Source: Candidatus Sericytochromatia bacterium (GTDB lineage Bacteria > Cyanobacteriota > Sericytochromatia > S15B-MN24 > VGJW01). Taken from it: a DNA stretch of 64,000 nucleotides. Location: the NCBI GenBank assembly GCA_035285865.1, contig JAYKHS010000014.1, positions 123,811 through 187,810 on the forward strand, in the 5' to 3' direction. Numbering within the stretch: the first letter of the stretch is position 1; every line of letters starts with the position of its first letter. This document shows positions 30,803 through 41,043 of this stretch, piece after piece. Made by a program: the position numbers and the translations under genes. Under the pieces are notes generated by a model. The model saw only the letters and a program-made list of their open reading frames with translations. It made no database searches and was not told the DNA's origin.

Positions 30803-31540
30803 TTGTCCACGCATCCCGCAGACGCGGCCACTGCCGCCGGGTTCCGTGTTGCCCGCGTGCGTGCCTTTCTGACGATCGTCGCCGTGTTGTCCGTCTGCTC
30901 CGGCTCGGAGGACGTGGCGGTTGCGGCGGAGCCTGCAGAAACCCTCGTGTTGCGCTTTTCGGGATCGGACTGGCCCGCCTGGCAGAATGCGACGTCCATG
31001 CCGTGGCACCCCAAGGTTCGCTACGCGCCGGAGGCGGGTCCATACGGCGAGACGGTGGTGCGGGCGGACAGCAGGGCCGCGGCTTCGATGCTGACGCGCA
31101 AGGTCCAGTTGGACCCGAGCCAGACCCCGTGGGTCACGTGGACCTGGAAGGTCGAAGGGCCCATCGCGAAGGCCGACGAGCAGATCCGCCGCACCGACGA
31201 CATGCCCGCCCGCATCTACTTCTTCTGGAACCTCAGGCGCAAGGAGGACCTGGCCCGGGCCGAGGCCGTCGCCTATGTCTGGGGCAATGCGCTTCCGGCG
31301 GGGGCGGTGCGTCCTGCTCCGGACAGCTCCCGGACCGCCATCCACGTGCTGCGGAGCGGCGCGGAACAGGCCGGAACATGGCAGCGAGAGACGCGGAAAC
31401 TCGACGCCGACTACCGTGCCTTTTTCCACAAGCAACCGACCGGGACCGTCACGGCCGTCGCCCTGCTGACGGATACGGACCAGACCAAGGGGATGGCCAC
31501 GGCATGGTACGGACCGATCGCGGCACGCCCGGTCCGATAG
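30803..31540 (+). CDS. hypothetical secreted lipoprotein
   Basis: TTG start with a ggaggaag RBS. Lipobox LSVCSG. Trp-rich conserved-looking core (WVTWTWKV, ARIYFFW). Confidence 0.5.
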   Translation: MSTHPADAATAAGFRVARVRAFLTIVAVLSVCSGSEDVAVAAEPAETLVLRFSGSDWPAWQNATSMPWHPKVRYAPEAGPYGETVVRADSRAAASMLTRKVQLDPSQTPWVTWTWKVEGPIAKADEQIRRTDDMPARIYFFWNLRRKEDLARAEAVAYVWGNALPAGAVRPAPDSSRTAIHVLRSGAEQAGTWQRETRKLDADYRAFFHKQPTGTVTAVALLTDTDQTKGMATAWYGPIAARPVR

Positions 31541-31547
31541 GCCTGCT

Positions 31548-32453
31548 TCAGCGGCGTCCGGCGGGCTTGTCGCCCGTGTCGGGTGGCAGGATGTCGTGCA
31601 GGTTGTAGAGGGCGCCCGGCGGGATCACGAGCCGGACCTTGTCGCTCAGTTTGTCGATATAGGCTTTGCGGATGATGCGATCCGTCAGGGACTTGCTGAC
31701 GACCTGATTGGCCTTGGCCTCCGCTTCTGCGCGGATGAGGCGGGCCTTGGCCTCGCCTTCCGCTGCGACCACGTTGGCCTGGGCAGAGGCCTCGGCCTCG
31801 ACGACTTTCTGGCGCGCCACGGTGCGTGCGCGTTCCAGATCATTCTCGGCCCGGGTCTTGTCCGAGATGGCCTGGGCAATGGCGTCGGGCAGGTAGACGG
31901 CTCGGATCAGCACCGCATGCAGGTCGATGTGGTCGTCCGACATGGACTTGCGGAGGTCAGCCAGCGCCATAGCCTCGACCTTGCGGCGACCCTCCCCGGA
32001 GATGGCTTCGTTCAGGGGCAGTGACGCTATTGCCGTGGCGAGCGCCGCCTTGAAGCGGCTGCGGTAGTAGCCGTCCACGATGGCGTCGAAGGACAGGCCA
32101 TATCGCTGGTAGAGCGGAGCGACATCCTGCTTGCTGCGCACGACGAACTCCACCGAGGCATCGACGATGAAGTTCTGGCCCTCGAGCGAGTTGACGCGGA
32201 CGGCGTCGTCGCGTTCCTTGCCGCTGCGCTCGCCGCCCTTGACCATCACGTACTGCTGCACGATGACGGGATATTCGACGATATGTTCGCGCAAGGGGAT
32301 GGCGAGGCGCAGGCCAGGGTCCTGAACCTGCTTGATTTCGCCCGTGAAGTCATCCACCAGCAGGCCAACGTGCCCCTGCCGCACGTAGGCGACGCAGCCG
32401 CCAAGGGTCAGCGAAGCCAGGCAGGCAGCGAGCAGGCGGGTCGTCATGGTCAC
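31548..32453 (-). CDS. SPFH/band-7 (prohibitin/HflK-C-like) domain lipoprotein
   Basis: Lipobox LTLGGC. SPFH domain followed by a coiled-coil Ala/Glu-rich tail. Confidence 0.8.
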   Translation of the reverse strand: MTMTTRLLAACLASLTLGGCVAYVRQGHVGLLVDDFTGEIKQVQDPGLRLAIPLREHIVEYPVIVQQYVMVKGGERSGKERDDAVRVNSLEGQNFIVDASVEFVVRSKQDVAPLYQRYGLSFDAIVDGYYRSRFKAALATAIASLPLNEAISGEGRRKVEAMALADLRKSMSDDHIDLHAVLIRAVYLPDAIAQAISDKTRAENDLERARTVARQKVVEAEASAQANVVAAEGEAKARLIRAEAEAKANQVVSKSLTDRIIRKAYIDKLSDKVRLVIPPGALYNLHDILPPDTGDKPAGRR

Positions 32454-32678
32454 GGCGCGATCCTCCGAAGTTCCGGGCGGGGGCGGCTCCCCGGTGATCC
32501 GGAAATTCCCCCCTCGGCACTTCCTTAACCGTGCACGGCCAGACCTTGGCGGTGTCCGGGGCGGCTGGCTGACTTTATCGATAACACCGGAATAGGCGTG
32601 TTCTTGGCCTCGGCCTTACAGTCACGATGCTTGAGGGGCCCCGCTATTCGCCCCCCTGCCAGATGAAAGGACCTTCCG

Positions 32679-33908
32679 ATGACCCTTCCCGTGATCACCC
32701 TCCGTCCGCTCCGTCATGCCGCTTGCTCGGACGCTCCCGTCGTGCTCGACGTGCTGGCGAGGTTCGCCGTGCCTTCCGTGGCGCTACGACAACCGCGACC
32801 ACCGCTGAACCTCGCCATGGTCCTCGATCGCTCGGGGTCCATGCACGGCCTCAAGATCGATTACGCACGCGAAGCGGCGCGTTGCCTCGTTCGCCAGCTG
32901 GGGCCCGAGGATCGCCTCAGCCTGACGGTCTTCGACGATGAGGTCGACGTTCTGATGCCCAGCACGCCGGTGCGTGACCCGGCTCCGGTCTTTGAGGCCA
33001 TCGCCGGGATTCGGGCGGGCGGTTCGACCGATCTGTCCGGCGGCTGGCGAAGTGGCCACGACGAGGTCGCCGGCCAGGTACGCGAGGGGACGCTCACACG
33101 CATCCTCCTGGTCTCGGATGGGCTCGCGAACAGGGGCGAGCGGGGTGTCGGCACGCTTGGCGCGTGGGCGGCCGAGGCCGCTGCCCGAGGTGTCGGAACC
33201 ACGACGCTTGGCGTCGGCGACCACTATCACGAACACCTGTTGGAGACGATGGCGCGCGAGGGCGATGGCAACTATCACTTCATCGAGGACCCGCGCAGCC
33301 TGCCGGACATCTTCGAAGCCGAACTTTCCGGCCTCGCCACGCTCGTCGGGGAGCGGGCCAGCCTCGGCCTGATGCCCCTCTCGGGTGCCTCGGTCCTCGA
33401 GGTCCTGAATGATCTCGACCGAACGTCCCGAGGCGGTTACAAGCTGCCCAACCTGCGATCGGGCAACACGATCGAGGTCGTCATCCGACTTGCCTTGCCG
33501 GCTTGCCCGAGCAAGACCGAGGTCCTGAGCGTCCGACTCGGATGGGATGCGCCGGGTCTTGGCGAACGCCAGAAGGTCGTGGCCAGGCTGGAGCTACCCG
33601 TCGTTTCCCGCGAAGAGTGGGAGCGATTGCCCGAGGATCCCGATGTGGTGCGCCACGTGGCTCTGCTCGAGGCCTCGCGGTCCAAGCGACGGGTGATGGA
33701 CCACATCGACCGCGGCGACCGTCAGTCCGTGGCACGGGAGCTTGACCGTGCCCGTCGCCTGGTCATGGCGGCGCCGGGCAGCGCCGAGACGGAGCGTGAA
33801 CTGCTGGGGTTGCAGCAGTTGGATCGCGACTACGCGTCGGGCGATGATCGAAAGCTGCGCAAGCGCGCAGGCTACCAGGCCTACAGCCGCGAACGCAGCC
33901 GGGACTGA
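32679..33908 (+). CDS. von Willebrand factor type A (vWA) domain protein
   Basis: MIDAS motif LAMVLDRSGSMHG, with downstream T and D residues, plus a ~200 aa C-terminal extension. Confidence 0.75.
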   Translation: MTLPVITLRPLRHAACSDAPVVLDVLARFAVPSVALRQPRPPLNLAMVLDRSGSMHGLKIDYAREAARCLVRQLGPEDRLSLTVFDDEVDVLMPSTPVRDPAPVFEAIAGIRAGGSTDLSGGWRSGHDEVAGQVREGTLTRILLVSDGLANRGERGVGTLGAWAAEAAARGVGTTTLGVGDHYHEHLLETMAREGDGNYHFIEDPRSLPDIFEAELSGLATLVGERASLGLMPLSGASVLEVLNDLDRTSRGGYKLPNLRSGNTIEVVIRLALPACPSKTEVLSVRLGWDAPGLGERQKVVARLELPVVSREEWERLPEDPDVVRHVALLEASRSKRRVMDHIDRGDRQSVARELDRARRLVMAAPGSAETERELLGLQQLDRDYASGDDRKLRKRAGYQAYSRERSRD

Positions 33909-33929
33909 GCCTGCGGTTGGGGGCGGGCG

Positions 33930-35762
33930 TCAGCCGAGAACGGCGACGTCCGCCCGTGCCTGGGCCAGCCGCGTCGTCGCGTCGGTCAGCCGGTCCAGCA
34001 GGCCTTGCCGAAGCCTGGCGCGGGTCTCTTCGATGCCGACCAGCTCTTCGCGCCCCCTGCGCAGGGCCTCCTCCAGATCCTGACGCCGTCGCTCGGCGAT
34101 ACGCCGCAGCTGCTCGCGGTCTTCGCCGGTCGCCAGTCGGACCGGATCGATCTCGAGGCCGCGCTCCAGGCTTGCTCTCCAGTCCAGAAGGGCCTTCACC
34201 AAAGCACCGCCCAGTGTCGGGACCTTGCCGAGCGCCTCGCGTGTCACGTCTGCGGCCGTCGTCATGCCGGCGGCCGCCACCGCTTCGCGCTTCGCAGGAC
34301 TGAACCACGCGACTTCGGCATCCTCGATGGCATGCCGACGGAGCAGGCGGTCCATCTCGCGCAAGCGGACGCGCTCGAGCATCTGCATCTCTTCCTGGCC
34401 TTCCTGCCTTGCGAGGTCCAGATAGCTTGCCTTCAGCCCCGCGAGACGTCCCTTGCAGGTCTGGAAGGCCTGCAGCGAGAGCGCCTGCTCGACGTCCCGC
34501 CACGCCTGCTGCAGCGCTTCTTCGGCATCGAACAGGGCCTCACGCCTCCTCCGGGCTTCCGTACGCACGCCCCGCAGCCGACCCAGCACGCCTCCCTTCG
34601 GCTCGGGCAGAGGTCGGCCGACGATCTGCAGGCGTTCCGGGGCGGGCCGCTCGGGCAACGGCACGGGTTGAAGGGCCTCGATCTGCCACCAGAACCGATG
34701 AATCTGGAACGGTTCGATACCGGTGGGGCGCACCCTCGGGGCCTGGGGCAGAAAGTAGGGCAGCCCCTGGGCATCGAAGGCACACCAGGGACAGTCAGGC
34801 GACTGCAGCGGGTGGGCGTGGTTGCCGTTGCGGGTGCAGGGACGCAACTGCCCGCGCAGTTCATCGAGCGCTTCGACCCACTGGTCGGCAGAGGGGCGGC
34901 CGACATGGGTCCCTTCTTCCGTGAAGGCCTGCAGGAAGAGCTTTTCGATCGCATGCGGCACCAGCGACACGGGGATGGCGCCGGGTGCTGCCTTCAGGCC
35001 GCGCGCGGCGGCGTCCGGCGCATGGGCGTAGCGGTAGGCCTTGATGTCCTCGTCCAGCACCTCGCCCGCCTCCGGCATGAGCGGCACCCCGGCAAAAGGA
35101 TGGCGCCCCCCGAACAGCAGGTGGAACAGCAGCAGGGCGAGGCCGAAGTGGTCATGCTCGAAGGTCCGGTCGAGCGCGTCGAAGGCCACGAGACCCTGCA
35201 GTTCCGGAGGCGTGAAGTGGCCCACGCCGACCTTGCACCGATGGGTGAGCCCCGGTTCACGGACCTGGAACGAGTCGCAGTCGATGAGGGCCACCCGGCT
35301 GTCCGCGGCGAAGAGGATGTTGCCCGGGTTGATGTCGCCCACGACATGGCCCCGTCGGTGAACGGCCTCGAAGGCCGCTGCCGTGTTGCGCGCGGCACAG
35401 AGCAGGAAGTCCCAGCCTGCATCGGGAAGCAGACGCTTGCGGCTGCCGGGCGCGTACAGCATATGCAGGGGATGCCGATCGCCCATGCGCGGCATCACGA
35501 AGCCCACGACGGGGCCTTCGGCGACCCGGTGCAGCGTGTGCCGAGGCCACGCGGCGTAGCTGGCCAGCTCCTCGTCGTAGGCCTGGGTCATCGTCCGCAG
35601 CTTGGCCTGCTTCTCGGCATCCGGAAAGTGGGCCGGGTGGTACAACTTCGCCACCATGTCCGGCATCCCGGGCAGGGCATGCACGGTACCCTCGCCGCCC
35701 CGACCCAGTTCCTGCCCGAGCATCAGCGGTCGGCTGTCCTCGAGCACCAGCCGATCAGACAT
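33930..35762 (-). CDS. Ser/Thr protein kinase-like protein with long C-terminal coiled coil (TerY-P triad kinase)
   Basis: ATG at 35762 gives MSDRLVLED. Gly loop GRGGEGTVH, Lys in MVAKLYH, catalytic loop HRRGHVVGDINPGNILF, and IDCDSF. The start overlaps the PP2C stop (ATGTCTGA). Confidence 0.7.
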   Translation of the reverse strand: MSDRLVLEDSRPLMLGQELGRGGEGTVHALPGMPDMVAKLYHPAHFPDAEKQAKLRTMTQAYDEELASYAAWPRHTLHRVAEGPVVGFVMPRMGDRHPLHMLYAPGSRKRLLPDAGWDFLLCAARNTAAAFEAVHRRGHVVGDINPGNILFAADSRVALIDCDSFQVREPGLTHRCKVGVGHFTPPELQGLVAFDALDRTFEHDHFGLALLLFHLLFGGRHPFAGVPLMPEAGEVLDEDIKAYRYAHAPDAAARGLKAAPGAIPVSLVPHAIEKLFLQAFTEEGTHVGRPSADQWVEALDELRGQLRPCTRNGNHAHPLQSPDCPWCAFDAQGLPYFLPQAPRVRPTGIEPFQIHRFWWQIEALQPVPLPERPAPERLQIVGRPLPEPKGGVLGRLRGVRTEARRRREALFDAEEALQQAWRDVEQALSLQAFQTCKGRLAGLKASYLDLARQEGQEEMQMLERVRLREMDRLLRRHAIEDAEVAWFSPAKREAVAAAGMTTAADVTREALGKVPTLGGALVKALLDWRASLERGLEIDPVRLATGEDREQLRRIAERRRQDLEEALRRGREELVGIEETRARLRQGLLDRLTDATTRLAQARADVAVLG

Positions 35763-36534
35763 CCGGGGCGGGACCGACCCAGAGGGCGCAGACGAGCGTC
35801 GTGTCATCGTCTGTGCGTTCGCGGACACCGGGACTCTCGAGGAAGGTCGCCATGGCCTCGCCCAACGAGGCCTCCTGACCCTCGCCCGCGTGCTGCAGCA
35901 CATCGAAGAACGGCCGGAAGAACGGAGCGTGTCCGACCTCATCGCCCCAGCGCAGGGCCAGGCGTTGCAGGCCATCCGTGAGCAGGGCCGCTCGGAGTGC
36001 CGGTTCCGGGAACGATCGGACCTCCATGATCGCCATGGCGTCGTCGTCCGTGAGGAAACGCGTGACGTTCGCATACTCGCCGGTCATCGGCGTGATGGGC
36101 ACGAAGAGCGTCTCGTCGTGATGGGATGCCACCACCATGGCGCCGTCCCCGATCTGGGCCAGCAGCGTCATCTGTCGGCCGAGCACCGCCATCAGCAGCG
36201 TGCAGGCGAAGTCCCCCAGGGAACATCCCCGAGTAATGGCCTCGGCCATCAACTGGGTCCGCGCCACCATGAAGCAGGCCCGGATGGTCTCCTCGCCGTG
36301 CCACCGTCCTGTCGCCAAGGCATCCTCCGCGTGGGCGACCGCTGCCCGCACCGCGAGGGCTGCCCCCTCGCCACCACGGGCCGCGCTGCCTGCACCGTCG
36401 GCAACGACCATCGCCACGACCGGCCCACACGGGGCACCCCCCAGATTGCGTACGGCCCACGCATCCTGGCATGGGGTACCCGAGGCGCGGTGGGAACTGC
36501 CCGCAACCGAGCCGCCGACGGTCCTCCAGCTCAA
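35755..36534 (-). CDS. PP2C-family Ser/Thr phosphatase (TerY-P triad phosphatase)
   Basis: PP2C motifs: VVADGAGS, IGDGAMVV, DDDTTLV. Confidence 0.75.
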   Translation of the reverse strand: MSWRTVGGSVAGSSHRASGTPCQDAWAVRNLGGAPCGPVVAMVVADGAGSAARGGEGAALAVRAAVAHAEDALATGRWHGEETIRACFMVARTQLMAEAITRGCSLGDFACTLLMAVLGRQMTLLAQIGDGAMVVASHHDETLFVPITPMTGEYANVTRFLTDDDAMAIMEVRSFPEPALRAALLTDGLQRLALRWGDEVGHAPFFRPFFDVLQHAGEGQEASLGEAMATFLESPGVRERTDDDTTLVCALWVGPAPDV

Positions 36535-36555
36535 ATCAGACGCTCCGGTCCGGAC

Positions 36556-37218
36556 TCACAGGACTGCCCATCCTCGGGGCGAATCCAGCTTGAGTTCGGC
36601 ACCCGGGGTCGAGCGGCTGACCGACTTCAGGGAACCCGACAACCAAGTGAACAATTCCCGGAATTGCAGCCCCTGCAACTTCAAGGGGGCGCGATCAGGA
36701 TTGAGCGCCGTCAGGATGTCCATGTTGGCTCCTTGCACCCCCACGGAGAAGAAAGCAAAGGCGCGCGAGGCCTCACCGACCTGAACGGCCTTGGCTGCGT
36801 CTTCCCAAGCGTCGGTGGGGGCACCGTCCGTGATCAGGAAGATCCAAGGGCGGTAGTAGGCGATGCCGTGGGTCCGATACTCTTCCTTGCGGCGTCGCAC
36901 CATCTCGATCCCCCGCGTGATGGCCTCACCCATCGGCGTGTCCGTCCTGGCCACGAGTGAGGGGGGCATGAAGCCCCCGGCCTCGGTGAAGTGGCTCTCG
37001 ATGGTCACGGGACCGAACGAGACGATGGCCACTTCCACACGCTTCATCGCCAGCGGGTCCAGCAGCAACTCCTGACGGAAGGCTCGCAGGCCCTCGTTGA
37101 GCTGTGCCATGGGGGTGCCCGCCATGGAACCCGAGACATCCAGCAGCAGCAGGCAGGCGCAACGGGGTTCGGGATTGTCGGCGAACTCGGCCGCGCTGAA
37201 GGAGATCTGCTGGGTCAT
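36556..37218 (-). CDS. TerY-like vWA domain protein
   Basis: 220 aa. MIDAS motif [12 protein letters not shown]. Size and architecture match TerY-type vWA proteins. Confidence 0.8.
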   Translation of the reverse strand: MTQQISFSAAEFADNPEPRCACLLLLDVSGSMAGTPMAQLNEGLRAFRQELLLDPLAMKRVEVAIVSFGPVTIESHFTEAGGFMPPSLVARTDTPMGEAITRGIEMVRRRKEEYRTHGIAYYRPWIFLITDGAPTDAWEDAAKAVQVGEASRAFAFFSVGVQGANMDILTALNPDRAPLKLQGLQFRELFTWLSGSLKSVSRSTPGAELKLDSPRGWAVL

Positions 37219-37301
37219 GGCGAGGTCGGCTTTCGGAGGGAGGACAGTCGGATGGCCATGACCACCCCTAGCCTATGGGCTGTTTCATGTCAACCGAAAG
37301 T

Positions 37302-38123
37302 TCAGGGTCGGCGGGTCTTGACCGCTCTTGCGAAGTCCTTGAGAGGGGCAATTCCGGCTACCGGGGGCGTGTGGGCAGGCAACAGCCATGCGGGCTGTTC
37401 CCGCTGTCGGTCGATCCGGTCCGCCAGCGCGGCCAGAGCGGCCTCTCCTTGGCCGATGTCGTGACTGAAAACCCACTTGGGTCCCTCGAGGAGGTCGGGG
37501 CCACGGCCGTAGGCGGCGTCGCCGAGGAAGAGCAGGTCCCCGCATGCGTAGGCAGCGCTGCCGTCCGTATGGCCGGGCAGGGCGTGGACACGGAATGCGA
37601 GCGCGCCCACCGTCAGGGTTTCTCCGTCGTGCAGCGCGCGGTGGACCCGCAGGCCTTTCTCCACGCGGAAGAACCATCCGAGGGGGCTGCGCCCGAAGGG
37701 ACTGCGGGCCTCGACCTCGCCCTGCACAAGTGGCACCTCGGCGTCGAGGGCCATGACCGTGGCGTCCGGAAAGGCCGGGACGCCGGCCACATGGTCCAGG
37801 TGCGCGTGGGTCAGGAGAATGGTCGAGACGTCACGGACCGTACGCCCCATGGCCGCCAGCACCCCTCTGATGGTCGCGGCATCCGTTTCGCTGCCGGCGT
37901 CGACGAGCACGACCCCCCCTTCGCCACCGGCATCGAGCAGGAACGAACGCACGTAGCCGCCATCGGCGACCCAGGCCGCGCCCGTGCGTCCGGGGCGCCC
38001 TTCTCTGTCGGCCGAGCCCCGCGCCACGCCCGTGCACGCGGTCCCGGTGAGCGCCACGGTCAGCAGGGCTGCCGTCATCAGGCCGTGACGGCGCGTTGCC
38101 GCCATGCGTGCTGGCTGGGTCAT
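37302..38123 (-). CDS. metallo-beta-lactamase-fold lipoprotein
   Basis: Signal MTQPARMAATRRHGLMTAALLTVALTGTAC. HxHxDH motif LTHAHLDHVAG. It lies upstream of, and co-directional with, the TerY-P triad. Confidence 0.7.
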   Translation of the reverse strand: MTQPARMAATRRHGLMTAALLTVALTGTACTGVARGSADREGRPGRTGAAWVADGGYVRSFLLDAGGEGGVVLVDAGSETDAATIRGVLAAMGRTVRDVSTILLTHAHLDHVAGVPAFPDATVMALDAEVPLVQGEVEARSPFGRSPLGWFFRVEKGLRVHRALHDGETLTVGALAFRVHALPGHTDGSAAYACGDLLFLGDAAYGRGPDLLEGPKWVFSHDIGQGEAALAALADRIDRQREQPAWLLPAHTPPVAGIAPLKDFARAVKTRRP

Positions 38124-38198
38124 GGCTGCAAGCCTACACGGAGGCGCGCGGTTGTGGCGGACGCTCCGGTTCGCTAGGCTGGTCGCGGGAGTGCTGCC

Positions 38199-39446
38199 TT
38201 GTCTTCCTTCACCTTCGTCCACGCGGCCGATCTGCATCTGGATGCGCCTTTCAAGGGCGTGTCCAGAGTTGACCCGGACGTGGCCGTGGCCCTGCGGGAT
38301 GCCTCGCTGGAGGCCTGGGACGCCCTGGTGGCGCTTTGCCTGCGCGAGCAGGCGGCGTTCCTGCTGCTGGCCGGCGATCTGCATGACGGTGAGATGCGGG
38401 GTCTCAGGGCCGGGGCCCGGTTGCAGGATGGTCTGAAACGCCTTGCCGATGCAGGTTGCCGGACCTTCATCGTCCGCGGCAACCATGACGCCGTCGACGC
38501 CGTGTCCGATCGCATGCCGATGCCCGAGGGGGTGCACGTCTTTCCGGCCGGCATGCCCACCTCGGTGCCGGTACGGCTTGGCGACCGCCACCTCGCGACC
38601 ATCCACGGCGTCAGCCATGCGGGACCTGCCGAACGGGAGAATCTGGCCCGGCGTTTCCCGGTACCCGTCGGACCGGGGCCCCACATCGCCCTGCTGCACG
38701 CCCATGTCGGCGGCGATGCGGACCACGCACCCTACGCTCCCTGCACCGTTTCGGATCTCGCAGCCTCGGGACACGATTACTGGGCCCTCGGCCACATCCA
38801 CCGCCGTACGGTCCGCAAGGCAGGCCGTGCCTGGGTGGTCTATCCGGGCAACCTGCAGGGGAGAAGCCCGAAGCCTTCCGAGTGCGGGCCCAAGGGGGCG
38901 ATGGTCTGTCGCGTGCGGGATGGGCTGATGGCCGAACCCGAGTTCGTGCCGCTGGATCGGTGGCGGTTTGCGAGCGAGCGACTCCTGGTGCCGCCCGCTG
39001 CCGATCTGGTCGTCGTCCGAAACCTGCTCCGGGATGCTGCCGAGAAGGCTCTGGCTGAGGCCGAGGGCCGTGGCGTGTTGCTGCGGCTGGTGCTCTTCGG
39101 CACCTGTGGTCTCGCCCATGAACTCCTGCGCCCGGGCGTCGGGGAGTCGCTGCGCCAGATTCTCGATGACCGGACACCGGAGCGGCTGCTCGTCCTGCCG
39201 TTGGTGCTCGAGGTCCGCGGCGAGCAGGGACGTGGGGGGGATGCGACGGGTGGACCCGCCAATGCCTTGCGTGGCTGGAGTCGGGACATGCCGCAAGTGG
39301 AGCGCCGGGCGTGGATGCTGGCTCTGCTCGATGACCTGCGGGACCCGGACGGGCGCGGGGGCCTGACGGAGACCCTGTCCGATTCGCTGTGGGAGGAGGC
39401 CGAGGCGCTCGCCTTGGCGATGCTGGCCGGGGAGCGCGGGCCTTGA
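38199..39446 (+). CDS. sbcD: SbcD/Mre11-family DNA repair exonuclease (calcineurin-like phosphoesterase)
   Basis: Motifs FVHAADLHLD, LAGDLHDG, IVRGNHD, ALGHIH. Confidence 0.8.
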   Translation: MSSFTFVHAADLHLDAPFKGVSRVDPDVAVALRDASLEAWDALVALCLREQAAFLLLAGDLHDGEMRGLRAGARLQDGLKRLADAGCRTFIVRGNHDAVDAVSDRMPMPEGVHVFPAGMPTSVPVRLGDRHLATIHGVSHAGPAERENLARRFPVPVGPGPHIALLHAHVGGDADHAPYAPCTVSDLAASGHDYWALGHIHRRTVRKAGRAWVVYPGNLQGRSPKPSECGPKGAMVCRVRDGLMAEPEFVPLDRWRFASERLLVPPAADLVVVRNLLRDAAEKALAEAEGRGVLLRLVLFGTCGLAHELLRPGVGESLRQILDDRTPERLLVLPLVLEVRGEQGRGGDATGGPANALRGWSRDMPQVERRAWMLALLDDLRDPDGRGGLTETLSDSLWEEAEALALAMLAGERGP

Positions 39447-41041
39447 GGATCACGGGCTGGCGTGCCGAGGTCTACGGCGGACTGCGGGACGTGGCGTGCA
39501 GCGATCTGCAACCGGGCCTGAACATCCTCGTGGGCCCGAATGGCTCCGGCAAGACGACGACGATGGCCTTTCTCGAGTTCATGCTCTTCGGCCCCGTGTC
39601 CGCCAGGGGGACGACACGCGCGGATGCTGGCGACGACGGACGACCTGTCGGCGTGCTGTGGCTGGAGGATGCAAAGGGCCCGGTGCAGATCGTGCGGACG
39701 GCCGAGACACCGAGGATGCCGCGGTTGTCGCGTCCTCGCCATGCCGTCGGGGCGTCCGTGGGCCTCGCCGACCTGCTGGGGCCCGTGGATCGGGCGGTCT
39801 TCCGTGCCGTGCATGCCTTCGGTCTCGACGACCTCAAGGCGCTTGATGCACTGGCCGATCCCGCCTTGCGCGATCGCATCCTGGGGGCGGCCAGCATGGG
39901 CGGTACGGTGCCTGCTTCGGCGATGCGTGCCCTGACCGACCTTGCCCAAGCATGCCATCGGCCGCGTGGTGCTTGTGCCGTCCGCTCTGCCGATGAAGCG
40001 TTGGCCGGGTTGCTCAAGGCCGAGGCCGAGGCGGAGCGGCAGTTGCAGACCCTGGAGGAATTCGACCGACAGGCACGCGCGCAGGAAGAACGCGCGGCGG
40101 CCATCGGGGCGCAGTGGACCGACGCGGCTCGGGAACGCGCTCGCCTGGAGACGATGGCCGAAACCCTGCCGGCGATTGGCTGGACGCCTGTCGAAGGTGC
40201 AGGAGGGTTGGTGGCCGTCATGCTGCTTGTGGCGGTCTGGCCGCTGCTGTCCGTCCACGCCTTGCTGGCTCCGACGGCAGCCGTTCTCGGGTTGGCCGTC
40301 GCAGTCGGGACCGGGATCCGCCGCTGGCGACGGGGACAGGGCGTGTTGCAGGTTGCCCGGGAGGCTGCCGCATGGCGGGCAGCCGAGCTGGCACGTCTGG
40401 CGGACCTGCTTGATGATCTCGATGTGGAGCGTTCGAGGGCTCTGCGAGAGGCTGCGGCTTGTGGCGAGAAGCGACGGGCGCTGCTGGAGCTGCCGTCTGC
40501 CGCGGACCTGGCTCTGCGGCGATCGGTGTTGCTCAGTGCCCGGCAGGAAGCCGTGGATTACTGGCGTCGGGCCGTGCTGGCGCGCGCCATGATCGAGGAG
40601 GGGGCCCGTCGCTTCACGGGCGCCAGTCAAGCGAAGGTCCTCGCGCGGGCCGGTGGCTGGTTGGAGACGGCGACCGAGGGGGCCTTCGGCCCCGCAGTCC
40701 GGCAGGAGGATTCGGGCCTTGTCGTGGCGACGGGCCGCGGCGCTCTGATCCCTGCGGGCCGCCTGAGCCGGGGTACGGCCGAGTTGCTGTACGTGTGCCT
40801 GCGGTTGGCGCTGGCGCTCGAGGTCGCGCCGCACCATCCCTTGCCTCTGCTGCTGGATGACATGCTGGTCAATCTCGATCCGGGACGTGCCGAGGCAGCC
40901 ATGCGCCTGCTTGCGGGCGTCGCCCGGATGCGCCAGATCATTGCCTTCACGTGCCACCCGCACTTGGCAGAGCGATGGCGTACGCTTGCCCCCGAGGCCC
41001 TGGTCCGCACCATGCCGCCGCTGGAGGGGGTGCGCGCTTGA
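39443..41041 (+). CDS. SbcC/YhaN-like AAA ATPase with two central transmembrane helices
   Basis: TTG start overlaps the sbcD stop (TTGA). Walker A ILVGPNGSGKTT. Central hydrophobic hairpin (LVAVMLLVAVWPLL / LGLAVAVGTGI). C-terminal Walker B/D-loop LLLDDMLVNLD. Confidence 0.7.
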   Translation: MRITGWRAEVYGGLRDVACSDLQPGLNILVGPNGSGKTTTMAFLEFMLFGPVSARGTTRADAGDDGRPVGVLWLEDAKGPVQIVRTAETPRMPRLSRPRHAVGASVGLADLLGPVDRAVFRAVHAFGLDDLKALDALADPALRDRILGAASMGGTVPASAMRALTDLAQACHRPRGACAVRSADEALAGLLKAEAEAERQLQTLEEFDRQARAQEERAAAIGAQWTDAARERARLETMAETLPAIGWTPVEGAGGLVAVMLLVAVWPLLSVHALLAPTAAVLGLAVAVGTGIRRWRRGQGVLQVAREAAAWRAAELARLADLLDDLDVERSRALREAAACGEKRRALLELPSAADLALRRSVLLSARQEAVDYWRRAVLARAMIEEGARRFTGASQAKVLARAGGWLETATEGAFGPAVRQEDSGLVVATGRGALIPAGRLSRGTAELLYVCLRLALALEVAPHHPLPLLLDDMLVNLDPGRAEAAMRLLAGVARMRQIIAFTCHPHLAERWRTLAPEALVRTMPPLEGVRA

Positions 41042-41043
41042 GC

